64,000 nt of DNA from an uncultured Planctomycetota bacterium. GTDB lineage: Bacteria > Planctomycetota > Planctomycetia > Isosphaerales > Isosphaeraceae. How positions within the stretch are numbered: position 1 is the first letter of the stretch; each line of letters starts with the position of its first letter. The notes under the pieces are model-generated. The model was not told where the DNA came from and searched no databases. It worked only from the letters and a program-made list of their open reading frames with translations. A program made the position numbers and the translations under genes. The stretch covers positions 1,024,001-1,088,000 of the forward strand of contig CAWGMQ010000007.1 of assembly GCA_963823665.1 (NCBI GenBank), given 5' to 3'. Of this stretch, positions 33,784-43,145 are shown piece by piece.

Positions 33784-34718
33784 CCGCCCTCCGCGTTCCA
33801 CCCTCCACCCTCACGCGCCATCTCGTTTTGTAAATTCGTCGCGCGTCCTTACCCCACAAGGGTTAAGGGAACGCACTGGCTCGGTCGAGATGGCGAGCCA
33901 TGGCCAAAATTCGAAGCCGAAACCTCGCCCCCACGGGCCACGTCGCTTTGGTCGAAAATCGCTACGGAGCGCCTCACGCCAGAACTGCGACCGGCCGCCC
34001 TCCGCAAGTGCACATGCGAAAACGGCTTCGGTCGATTCGTGAGCCTCCTACCCCCCGAGAAAAAATGATAAGAATTGATTAAAAAAATGGAAATTCCTCG
34101 CCCTCCTCGTTCAGAGTCGAGCGGGCAAACCCCGCGCTCACCAGATGAGACGGCAAAGCTGCCAATCGCCACGTAGACATCCCGCCGAGCGGTGAGCTTT
34201 CGGTTTCGGAGCGAATCACTTTTGCCCGTGTCACAATCTGGCACTGGATGTCACTCTGTGCGTGAAGTTTACCGCTGTTCTCAGGATGAGTGGAGATCGA
34301 TGAAGACGTAGGAAAGCAGAGGGAGCTACCGCGCCAGCATCGCGCGCTCGCCGACCCTCCTCTTATTTAGAATATGGGCCCGGTTTCGGCGTTCGGCAAT
34401 AAAAGCCTCCAAAAAAACTGCAATCGCGCAATCGAGACGGCTGCAACGTCACGAGATACGGCTTTGCGCGATTCTCTTGTTAATTGTGAACACGCGGTCG
34501 AATCAAAACGGCACTTGAGGTCGCCCGAATGGGCGTCGACGGCATGCTGAAAAACAAGAAGATCGCCTCAGAGAACCTGAATCCGCTCATCTCCGCTACC
34601 GGACCTGACCCCCGTTCGACATGGCGTAAAGATTCGCGTCAACGGTAAGCTGTCACAAGTGGGGGGCAGAGCTCGGCAGCCGCTGATTCGCATCGAATCC
34701 TCGATTCGGAGATGGCTC

Positions 34719-35129
34719 ATGAGTCATCGGAATTGGCCGCCTTCCTACGGGCAACGAACGCTGTCGATCCTGATGGTGATCCTCGCTGCCACGGGGTATC
34801 GACGATGGCTATCCCGCCCCTGGCAATGGTCGCTGAGAGACTACATGGTCATCGTTGCCGTCTGCTCGGCTGGACTGCTGGTGTCGCGCTCCCCGATGCC
34901 CATGATCGTCTTCTTCACGGCGCTCGCCGGGGCCGTTCTCGCCTGCCTGAGCCTGGCCAGGTACGGCTTCAAACTTGCCGATATCACAATGCTCTTGGCG
35001 ATCATCCTGCTCACTGCCGCGTTCATACTTCCGGCAATGGAGCGGACGAGAAACCGCACGCTCGGAAAGAGCTATTTCCCATTTGCAGTTCCCGCTCGGT
35101 ACATCACCCTGTTCTCTGGCTCAGAATGA
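34719..35129 (+). CDS. Hypothetical membrane protein
   Basis: Four hydrophobic segments, QWSLRDYM motif, GGAG upstream. Confidence 0.6.
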   Translation: MSHRNWPPSYGQRTLSILMVILAATGYRRWLSRPWQWSLRDYMVIVAVCSAGLLVSRSPMPMIVFFTALAGAVLACLSLARYGFKLADITMLLAIILLTAAFILPAMERTRNRTLGKSYFPFAVPARYITLFSGSE

Positions 35130-35146
35130 TGCACGAGGCCTCGACT

Positions 35147-35317
35147 ATGTCGCATCTCCGAGTGCGGTTTACGGTGCGGCGGTTGATGCTTGTGATTCTC
35201 ATCGTCGCAGTCCTGCTGACCGCGTTCGACGCGGGCCGACGGTGGGAACGGGCTAAGAGAGCAGCCCCGCGCCATGCGGTTTACCACGCGGTCAAGGGCT
35301 CATTAGAGTTCCGATAG
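35147..35317 (+). CDS. Small protein with RFTVRRLM leader and one TM helix
   Basis: MSHLRVRFTVRRLMLVILIVAVLL resembles a common planctomycete N-terminal motif; GAGG upstream. Confidence 0.55.
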   Translation: MSHLRVRFTVRRLMLVILIVAVLLTAFDAGRRWERAKRAAPRHAVYHAVKGSLEFR

Positions 35318-35582
35318 CAACTCAGGCTCGTTAAGCAAGGATATGAAGGGCTAATCGGCATCTCGCGAATTCGGAGTGCCAGGCTCCGGCCGAGCTGGGC
35401 TGCTGGCAAATTCGGATTTGTGGGACCCATGGGTGGGTAAGCACTCTGGGCACCCGCCTAGCGCTTCCTTAGAGGATTTGTCGTTGGCATCGTTTCTGGG
35501 ATAGAATCACGAGAGTGGTCCAGGGTTGTCTTCAGCAAGGTAGCGATCCACACTTTCCTTTCCAACGGGCGCGGAGGCGGGC

Positions 35583-35921
35583 GTGGATAGTCCGGACAAC
35601 CCGTCCGCAGTTCACCGCGTCTTCGAGGAGGGGAAACCGAAGTTTCAACTGAGAAAGGGAGAGGACGGTCTTTCCGTCTTTGATGCAGACCAGATGCTCG
35701 TGCAGGAACTTCTGCCCAACTTCCGACCAGGAAGTCGTCTGATCACCCAGCGAACCCAGGTTATCGAAGACTTTGGTCTCAAGCTTGAAAAAACTCCCGG
35801 CGATCCGAGATTACCCCAGAGGTTGCAACAGCATCATTTGGAGATCCACCCTGGCGACACGATGACCCGCAATCAGTTCAAAGCAGCTCTGAAACTGCTC
35901 GAGTACGCCGTTAAGGAGTGA
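35583..35921 (+). CDS. Hypothetical protein, putative Tse2-like ADP-ribosyltransferase-fold toxin
   Basis: GGAGG RBS; VHR, GLSVFD, GL..EKTPGD, HLEIHPGDTMTRNQF..AL resemble the Tse2-like pattern. Confidence 0.55.
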   Translation: MDSPDNPSAVHRVFEEGKPKFQLRKGEDGLSVFDADQMLVQELLPNFRPGSRLITQRTQVIEDFGLKLEKTPGDPRLPQRLQQHHLEIHPGDTMTRNQFKAALKLLEYAVKE

Positions 35922-35926
35922 TCGAG

Positions 35927-36217
35927 ATGCCTGGCACAACGCTCGACAACTTGCAATCCGAGTTGCAACAGAAAGGCCTCTCCGTTTCCTTGCGAGGTGG
36001 CGGCCGTGCCTCCTTCTTGTTCATCGAACACCAGGGGAAAGCGGTCGAGATTTCCGACCACGACGGGCGTTGGTGGGTCGAGTTTTGGGATGTCAGCGAC
36101 GACGAGGACGCTGCACCGGCGAAGGATCGCTTCTTCGCTACGGCCAAGCAGGCGGTCGATGCGGCGACCTGCTGGCTGTTACATTCAGACGGCGCGGGGT
36201 GTCGCGACGGCGTTTAA
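35927..36217 (+). CDS. Small acidic hypothetical protein (putative immunity protein), copy 1
   Basis: AAGGAG RBS at the upstream stop; WWVEFWD core; frame intact in two diverged copies. Confidence 0.7.
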   Translation: MPGTTLDNLQSELQQKGLSVSLRGGGRASFLFIEHQGKAVEISDHDGRWWVEFWDVSDDEDAAPAKDRFFATAKQAVDAATCWLLHSDGAGCRDGV

Positions 36218-36294
36218 GCGGAGAAAAGGTCTCAGCCGCCGTGTCCCGTGCCAAGCCCCCTTGAGGGCGTCATCGTAAAGCTCGGGGCGTGAGC

Positions 36295-37859
36295 CTTTGT
36301 CCTTACCATCATCTTCATCATACCGATGAAGATACGTCGATGATAGCCTCGGCGCCCCGGATCATGATCTGCAGCTTGTCCCAACCCCGCCAGATCGTCA
36401 TCCAACCTGGCTCCCCATCGTGGCGGCGGCCCAGGAACCCTCCCAGCTTGGCCAACTCCCGAAAAAATCCTCCCGCAGTTAATATTGTCGTGGGCGTCAA
36501 TCTGCGCACCACCTTCAGCATCATCACGTATTTGGGCGGTACCACCTCGGTCGCAGGCTGCTCGGGAGCTGTCCGCGCCATTCCCTTCAACTGGAACAAC
36601 CGCAGTGCTTCCACAGACATCAATCCCATCATGGCTTCGAGACGATCGCACGTCTTGAGCTGGCGACGTTCTACCTGAAAGCCTGTTTTCAGGACCTTGT
36701 GCCACTCCTCGATTAGCCACCTCTTCCCGTAGTACCCCACGATCGCCATAGCATCTTCAAAATCCTCCACCAGCAAAGAAGTGTAAAGCACCCACTCGAT
36801 CGCCTCCACTCCGTCGGGAGCATCTACCTCGCGCACCCAGACGACCCACATGGGGATCGCCGCGGGCTTGACCTGCTTCAGAAATGGGCTTTTGAGTTTC
36901 GGCGTCGGCATCCGTAAGGCCCCGATGGCGACCACCAGCTTGGCCGTCCGAGCCGGTGCTTTGGGGCGAGCCCGCAGATTGAGCGTGTAACATCCAGCCC
37001 GCGGCAGGGTCCCTAAGTAGGCTTTCAGCGGCGTTTCCCCGCTCTCCGGCGTGATAATGATCCGGATCAGGCTCTTGGCTCGCGCCACCCATTCGGTTTC
37101 TGTCTGCTGGCAGTGATAGAAAAACTCAAAGTCGTCGGCGCCACGATCAACTACGTGAATCCAGGAGGTTCCCGACGGCGGGGATCCCATTTGGATGACA
37201 AGATCACCCCAGATCTGTGATTCGCGATCGTCACGCTGCAACCGTTCGGTCCGCGTCTCCCCCTTACGAACGCGCTGACGATGATAGATCAGTTGTCCGG
37301 CCAAGCCGTGAACCCGGTCGTCTTCGGGGGAAACCATCAAACCCGAGTGAAGGTGAAAGCCTTGTCCGATACCCGAACCAACCGGCGAAAGACCTGTGAC
37401 CTGTCGGCACGGCCCGTAATCGATTTCGGTCGTGTCTGCGATGATCAATTGACGCTCACCTGCTGTCTTCTTGGTAAGCTCCCAATGGTGACTGGCGATC
37501 GCTTGAAAGGTGACGTCCCCACAATCGAAGAAATTGTATGCGGCCCTCAGATCATTCCAGGATTCGGTTTGCTGAGGAAAACTCCCGGACGGATCTGCGG
37601 CGATCTGCGTTGCCAACAGAACGAGTCGTTTGGTACGGCGTTCGTCATGAAGATCAGTGGTGGCGAATTGGGTCATGGCCCAAGTCTGCGCATCTGAAAG
37701 AAAGGTGTCCATCCGAGGCTCCGGCGGTTGAAACGCGATCCCTCCCCCCCACCTCAGCGTGTGGCTTGGCTTGATATTACCAGGTGCGAAGCGAGAAAAG
37801 CCGGGAAAAGGCCGGGGAAGCGCACCTATGACCACCAGAAAATGATGGTAAGGACAAAG
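36295..37859 (-). mobile_element. IS4-family (IS50/Tn5-like) insertion sequence, copy 1, 1565 bp
   Basis: Perfect 18-bp terminal IRs CTTTGTCCTTACCATCAT / ATGATGGTAAGGACAAAG; 8-bp direct repeat GCGTGAGC at 36287-36294 and 37860-37867. Confidence 0.92.
36318..37712 (-). CDS. IS4-family (Tn5-like) DDE transposase
   Basis: WA..QF...DL.D.RR..RL, AAYNFF, ADTTE, VVDRGAD, Y..RWLIEEWHKVLKTG (YREK), LAKLGGFLGR..DGEPGW.TIWRGW. Confidence 0.93.
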   Translation of the reverse strand: MDTFLSDAQTWAMTQFATTDLHDERRTKRLVLLATQIAADPSGSFPQQTESWNDLRAAYNFFDCGDVTFQAIASHHWELTKKTAGERQLIIADTTEIDYGPCRQVTGLSPVGSGIGQGFHLHSGLMVSPEDDRVHGLAGQLIYHRQRVRKGETRTERLQRDDRESQIWGDLVIQMGSPPSGTSWIHVVDRGADDFEFFYHCQQTETEWVARAKSLIRIIITPESGETPLKAYLGTLPRAGCYTLNLRARPKAPARTAKLVVAIGALRMPTPKLKSPFLKQVKPAAIPMWVVWVREVDAPDGVEAIEWVLYTSLLVEDFEDAMAIVGYYGKRWLIEEWHKVLKTGFQVERRQLKTCDRLEAMMGLMSVEALRLFQLKGMARTAPEQPATEVVPPKYVMMLKVVRRLTPTTILTAGGFFRELAKLGGFLGRRHDGEPGWMTIWRGWDKLQIMIRGAEAIIDVSSSV

Positions 37860-38175
37860 GCGTGAGCCCCGAGATTGACGGGATAAGCCTTTCCCTCTTC
37901 TCCCCTTCTGCCAAGCCCCCTACGGGGGCGACATCCTCTGGCGCCACTCAATCATTCCTTCCACAGCATGCCAAGGGCAAAACGGCATCTCGCGAATTCG
38001 GGAGTGCGAGGGCTCCCGCCGAGCCGCCCACGCGAGAACACTTGGCATGAGCAAGCGAACTTGGATCCGGGAGTGCGAAGCTGTCCCGGTGAAAAGTTGG
38101 TGTTGGCCGGTCAATGCGGTTATTCCGGTGCCAGTTTCGAACCAAAAGTACTTGGCCTCGGGATAAAACGGACAA

Positions 38176-38205
38176 AAACCAACGCTCGCTTGCGAGCGTT
38201 GGTTT
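38176..38205. repeat. Palindrome AAACCAACGCTCGC-TT-GCGAGCGTTGGTTT (REP- or terminator-like)
   Basis: Perfect 14-bp arms separated by 2 nt, downstream of the 38311 stop. Confidence 0.75.
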
Positions 38206-38310
38206 AGGTGTGAAATTCCGGCGTACGGAGCCGCACTCCCTATCTGATGAGCTTCACGATGCAGGCGGCGCGGCGCACCCCCGGCGTAAGAACACCGGGG
38301 GTGCAGGGTG

Positions 38311-39558
38311 TCAGCGAGACTCGAGCTGGCGGAGCCGAGACGGAGCGACGGTCGCCGAGGAGAGATCGCCGAAGATGACTCGGTAATCTCCATCGTCGAG
38401 CTGCCAGCGCACGAGAACCTTTGCGGCGTCCTTGGATGTGACGAGCTTGCCGTTGTAGACCCCATCGGCGAAGTCTCGCTGGATGACGTTGATCCAGGAG
38501 AGGCAGTAGGACCCGTAGGCGAATTCACCTTTCTTGGTTTTGCGCAACTTGAGGTCCTCGCTCTTGGCCCAGCCGAGCGCGTCGCGCGGCATGCCCATGA
38601 GCTTGCGGAGGGCTTCGCCCTGCTCGTCCCCGTAAACGTACTTTACGGCTGGGTACTTGCCGTTGTTGTACTTGGCGAAGATGGACAGGCCGTCCTTGAC
38701 GTACTGGGTGATCTCATCGGCCTTGACGTCGGTGATCGGCATCTTCGCGTAACCGGTGGGCGCGGCAGTGTCGAAGAGAGAAGGATCCTGAGGGCCCCAG
38801 CGGAAGTCCTCGAACCGCAAGACGGCGGAGCCGCTGGGGTCCATGCCGACGAGGTCGACGCGGACGGGAAGGGCCGTAGCTCGGTCAATCCAGACCCGTA
38901 CCTTTGCATTCGCGTGGGTGTCGTCGCCGACGACGGTGGGCCAGGGGACGGTGAAGCCTACGGCTTTCACTCCACGGATCTCCTTCGATCCGGGGATCGG
39001 CTCGGCCTTGCCGCGGTACTCGCCGAGGCCGCCGAAGAGGCCGAAGGAGAACTCCCGCGCGGCCGACTTCGGGATGATCGTGAATTGCTTCACTTTGTGC
39101 TCGAGGCTGAGTCCGTCCTGACCGGGCCGGTAGATGAGACTCGAATCTGGGGTCCCATTCTGGATGTGGTCGACGCGCTCCGCGCCGGACGGGATCCAGG
39201 AAACATGGGCGATGAGTTCGGCGTTCTCGGTGTCGTTGTAGCCCGGCGTAACCATGACCATGTCGCACCGGAACCCTTTGGCCCGGGAAATGGCCCCGGC
39301 GACTTGGGCAAACACGTTCGTCGGTCGGTTCAGTTGCCATGCGATGGTCGTGGCAACGAGTAGGGTCGCGGCGATCGCGGCCCTGGAGGCGTAGCGTCTC
39401 ATCGTTTCGATCCTCGACTTGCGGATTGGTCGGAAGGGCGGCGGGACATCCGCCGCCAATGCCGCAAGGAGCCGCGTCCGGGCGGCTCCGTCCGCTCGCG
39501 AGAAGGTCGCGTGGGCAGACTCGAGGCGATCGACCTGTTCGTCACTGAGGTAGTTCAT
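38311..39558 (-). CDS. Putative anti-sigma factor membrane protein with LolA-like periplasmic domain
   Basis: Coupled to upstream ECF gene; short N-domain, TM AAIAATLLV, FAQV, VWID..T.LPVRV, F.W...DPSLFD..P.GY. Confidence 0.7.
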   Translation of the reverse strand: MNYLSDEQVDRLESAHATFSRADGAARTRLLAALAADVPPPFRPIRKSRIETMRRYASRAAIAATLLVATTIAWQLNRPTNVFAQVAGAISRAKGFRCDMVMVTPGYNDTENAELIAHVSWIPSGAERVDHIQNGTPDSSLIYRPGQDGLSLEHKVKQFTIIPKSAAREFSFGLFGGLGEYRGKAEPIPGSKEIRGVKAVGFTVPWPTVVGDDTHANAKVRVWIDRATALPVRVDLVGMDPSGSAVLRFEDFRWGPQDPSLFDTAAPTGYAKMPITDVKADEITQYVKDGLSIFAKYNNGKYPAVKYVYGDEQGEALRKLMGMPRDALGWAKSEDLKLRKTKKGEFAYGSYCLSWINVIQRDFADGVYNGKLVTSKDAAKVLVRWQLDDGDYRVIFGDLSSATVAPSRLRQLESR

Positions 39559-40079
39559 CGGCTCACCCCACATTCCTCGAGCCATCGTGCGAGCCTGACT
39601 TTGCGCGGTGCAGGACGGCATATGTACCGGAACGTGAACGATTGAGGAGCCTTGCGGTCTCCTCGATACTGCGCTCGTTGAGAAAAAAGAATCGGACGGC
39701 GAGGCGTTCCTCCTCGGGGAGCCTGGCGACGACGCGGAGGAGCTCCTCGGCGTCGTCGCTGGCATCTGTCTCGGCTGAGGCCGGCGCCGCTGTCAGTTCG
39801 GGCAAAGGGTGGAATTGACGAGCTCGCCGGCGCTCAAGGACGACGAGTCGCGCAATGCCGACGAGCCAGGATGCGAAGCGCGGGGTCGCGCAGGCTCTTC
39901 AGCGTGCGATAAGCCCGGAGAAACGTATCATGCGTAACGTCATCGGCCGCGTCAGGCCCGGCATCAGCAGCGACCGCACGGACCAGGCGGACAGTCCGGT
40001 CGTAGAGCGAGCCGAAGGCCGCGATGTCGCCGGCGATCGCGCGTCGCACCAAGTCATTGTCGGTCGGTTGGTCGCTCAT
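39555..40079 (-). CDS. ECF-type sigma factor; frameshifted
   Basis: DNDLVRRAIAGDIAAFGSLYDR, DDVTHDTFLRAY; C-terminal LPEEERLAVRFFFL..RSIEETARLL.RSRSG. Confidence 0.8.
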
Positions 40080-40273
40080 GACAGTCACTAGTGACCGGAT
40101 CGCAGTCGACGTCCAAGAAAAATCCGGCTTCTCGGGGGAATCGAGTGGCGGGATTGCGCCGTAAACCCTTCAGGCAAATTGGAGTTACGTTGACGATTCC
40201 AGGCCCGGAGGTCAATATTGAGCGGACGGTTACCCGCGGGCAACGCTGGCTGTCTCAGAAGACCCCCGTCCCA

Positions 40274-40481
40274 CACGGACCACACGACGTTCCTGAAATA
40301 CCCAGACTGTGAACGCGGCCGTCGAATGATCGATCGACTCAATTCGGTTTCGGCATCCGAAATCATAGGCGTGGCCATTGTCACCGTCGAGGAACGGATG
40401 CGCGGCTGGCCGGTTGTGATCGCGAACGAGAAATTCGAAAAAGTGCCAGCCTTGCGAGTCGAGAACTGGCTGGACCGATGA
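40274..40481 (+). pseudogene. PIN/VapC toxin remnant with internal deletion
   Basis: TDHTTFL..., VAIVTVEERMRGW joined to FEKVPALRVENW; centre of the PIN domain missing. Confidence 0.65.
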
Positions 40482-40514
40482 ATCGTCGCGGTGCGCCTTG
40501 ATGGAGTGAACGAG

Positions 40515-40805
40515 ATGCCTGTCACAACGCTCGACAACTTGCAATCCGAGTTGGAACGGAAAGGCCTCTCTGTTTCCTTGCGAGGTGGCGGCCGTGCCTC
40601 CTTCTTGTTCATCGAACATGAGGGGAAAGCGGTCGAGATTTCCAACCACGAAGGGCGCTGGTGGATCGAGTTTTGGGATGTTAGCGACGACGAGGATGCT
40701 GCACCGGCGCAGGACCGCTTCTTCGCTACGCCCGAGCAAGTGGTCGATGCTGCGACCTGCTGGCTGTTGCATTCCGACGGCGCGGGGTGTCATGACGGCA
40801 TATAG
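40515..40805 (+). CDS. Small acidic hypothetical protein (putative immunity protein), copy 2
   Basis: 83/96 aa identical to 35927-36217 by manual count. Confidence 0.7.
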   Translation: MPVTTLDNLQSELERKGLSVSLRGGGRASFLFIEHEGKAVEISNHEGRWWIEFWDVSDDEDAAPAQDRFFATPEQVVDAATCWLLHSDGAGCHDGI

Positions 40806-40885
40806 GAGCAGAAAAGGTCTCAGCCGCCGCGTCCCGTGCCAAGCCCCCGTTTTGGGGGCGCCATCGTGAAGCTCGGGGCGTGAGC

Positions 40886-42450
40886 CTTTGTCCTTACCAT
40901 CATCTTCATCATACCGATGAAGATACGTCGATGATAGCCTCGGCGCCCCGGATCATGATCTGCAGCTTGTCCCAACCCCGCCAGATCGTCATCCAACCTG
41001 GCTCCCCATCGTGGCGGCGGCCCAGGAACCCTCCCAGCTTGGCCAACTCCCGAAAAAATCCTCCCGCAGTTAATATTGTCGTGGGCGTCAATCTGCGCAC
41101 CACCTTCAGCATCATCACGTATTTGGGCGGTACTACCTCGGTCGCAGGCTGCTCGGGAGCTGTCCGCGCCACTCCCTTCAACTGGAATAACCGCACTGCT
41201 TCCACCGACATCAATCCCATCATGGCTTCGAGACGATCGCAAGTCTTGAGCTGGCGACGTTCTACCTGAAAGCCTGTTTTCAGGACCTTGTGCCACTCCT
41301 CAATTAGCCACCTCTTCCGGTAGTACCCCACGATCGCCGTAGCATCTTCAAAATCTTCCACCAGCAAAGAAGTGTAAAGCACCCACTCGATCGGCTCCAC
41401 TCCGTCGGGAGCATCTACCTCGCGCACCCAGACTACCCACATGGGGATCGCCGCGGGCTTGACCTTCTTCAGGAATGGGCTTTTGAGTTTCGGCGTCGGC
41501 ATCCGTAAGGCCCCGATGGCGACCACCAGCTTGGCCGTCCGAGCCGGTGCTTTGGGGCGAGCCCGCAGATTGAGCGTGTAACATCCAGCCCGCGGCAGGG
41601 TCCCTAAGTAGACTTTCAGCGGCGTTTCCCCGCCCTCCGGCGTGATAATGATCCGGATCAGGCTCTTGGCTCTCGCCACCCATTCGGTTTCTGTCTGCTG
41701 GCAGTGATAGAAAAACTCAAAGTCGTCGGCGCCACGATCAACTACGTGAATCCAGGAAGTTCCCGACGGCGGGGATCCCATTTGGATGACAAGATCACCC
41801 CAGATCTGTGACTCGCGATCGTCACGCCGCAACCGCTCGGTCCGCGTCTCCCCCTTGCGAACGCGCTGACGATGATAGATCAGTTGTCCGGCCAAGCCGT
41901 GAACCCGGTCGTCTTCGGCGGAAACCATCAAACCCGAGTGAAGGTGAAATCCTTGTCCGATACCCGAACCAACCGGCGAAAGGCCAGTGACCTGTCGGCA
42001 CGGCCCGTAATCGATTTCGGTCGTGTCTGCGATGATCAATTGACGCTCACCTGTTGTCTTCTTGGTAAGCTCCCAATGGTGACTGGCGATCGCTTGAAAG
42101 GTGACGTCCTCACAATCAAAGAAATTGTATGCGGCCCTCAGATCATTCCAGGATTCGGTTTGCTGAGGAAAACTCCCGGACGGATCTGCGGCGATCTGCG
42201 TTGCCAAGAGAACAAGTCGTTTGGTACGGCGTTCGTCATGAAGATCGGTGGTAGCAAATTGGGTCATGGCCCAAGTCTGCGCATCTGAAAGAAAGGTGTC
42301 CACCCGAGGCTCCTGCGGTTGAAACGCGATCCCTCCCCCCCACTTCAGCGTGTGGCTTGGCTTGATATTACCAGGTGCGAAGCGAGAAAAGCCGGGAAAA
42401 CGCCGTGGCAGCGCACCCATGACCACCACAAGATGATGGTAAGGACAAAG
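40886..42450 (-). mobile_element. IS4-family (IS50/Tn5-like) insertion sequence, copy 2, 1565 bp
   Basis: Same terminal IRs and same 8-bp direct repeat GCGTGAGC (40878-40885, 42451-42458). Confidence 0.92.
40909..42303 (-). CDS. IS4-family (Tn5-like) DDE transposase
   Basis: 12 aa differences from copy 1 over 464 aa (manual count); GTG start. Confidence 0.93.
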   Translation of the reverse strand: MDTFLSDAQTWAMTQFATTDLHDERRTKRLVLLATQIAADPSGSFPQQTESWNDLRAAYNFFDCEDVTFQAIASHHWELTKKTTGERQLIIADTTEIDYGPCRQVTGLSPVGSGIGQGFHLHSGLMVSAEDDRVHGLAGQLIYHRQRVRKGETRTERLRRDDRESQIWGDLVIQMGSPPSGTSWIHVVDRGADDFEFFYHCQQTETEWVARAKSLIRIIITPEGGETPLKVYLGTLPRAGCYTLNLRARPKAPARTAKLVVAIGALRMPTPKLKSPFLKKVKPAAIPMWVVWVREVDAPDGVEPIEWVLYTSLLVEDFEDATAIVGYYRKRWLIEEWHKVLKTGFQVERRQLKTCDRLEAMMGLMSVEAVRLFQLKGVARTAPEQPATEVVPPKYVMMLKVVRRLTPTTILTAGGFFRELAKLGGFLGRRHDGEPGWMTIWRGWDKLQIMIRGAEAIIDVSSSV

Positions 42451-43145
42451 GCGTGAGCCCCGAGATTGATTGGACAATCCTTCACCTCTTCTCACCCCTT
42501 CTGCGAAGCCCTCAACGGGGGCGACATCGTCTGGCGCGGGCTGTCAGCCCCGAGACCCCAGGAAAAGCCTGTCAGCCACCATGAGCGCATAGCAGCCGAC
42601 GCCCGCCGCACAGGGCGGACGCTCAGCGTTTATCGCACCGGGCACCCGGCGAGTTGGCAAGCTCGTGAACGCGAAACCAAGTGGCGACTTCTCGCAGGCG
42701 CACGACCCGCGGCGAAGAATCGACCCAGCAGATTGCCCTTGCTAAGTTCTCCGACCAAGGCCGAGAACTTGCAATCGCTGGCGTGAGATTACGTAGTCGG
42801 CTCTACTGGTCTGGAAAAGTGAGCGAGCGGCGTGCACCGTAGTGATCGCTGCGCTTCGGCCCGCCGCCGTCTCGACATGGCGCTTTTTGATCTGTTCGGG
42901 CCTGACTATATCTGTTCTAATATACAGTATCGGAGTTTGAAGGTTTTTTCCCTTGCCAGGCGCTGGCTTCCAAAATAAATCTTGCGGCAATGTCTCCGCG
43001 AGCGCCGAACATTGTCGTAACTGGCCGTGAATAGAGACTGCCAATAGTTGAGTTGCCGGGAATGTGACGGATCGAACGGAATCGTGATCAGCGTGGCGCG
43101 TGTCAGGAACCGGGTGCGGGAATAACAAAGCGGCGAGTCGCGATC

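Noticed and set aside
33226..34068. 280-aa ORF with a VLVLIVLL hydrophobic stretch
   Set aside because: The apparent TM helix is the translated GTACTC tract, and the ORF runs across unrelated repeat units.
31000..34650. CRISPR array, rRNA, tRNA or group II intron in the gene-free region
   Set aside because: No regularly spaced identical repeats, and no rRNA, tRNA or intron domain V signature or RT gene recognised by eye.
36289..36678. Duplicated + strand 129-aa ORF (also 40880-41269)
   Set aside because: Antisense to the transposase; its conservation is explained by the IS duplication.
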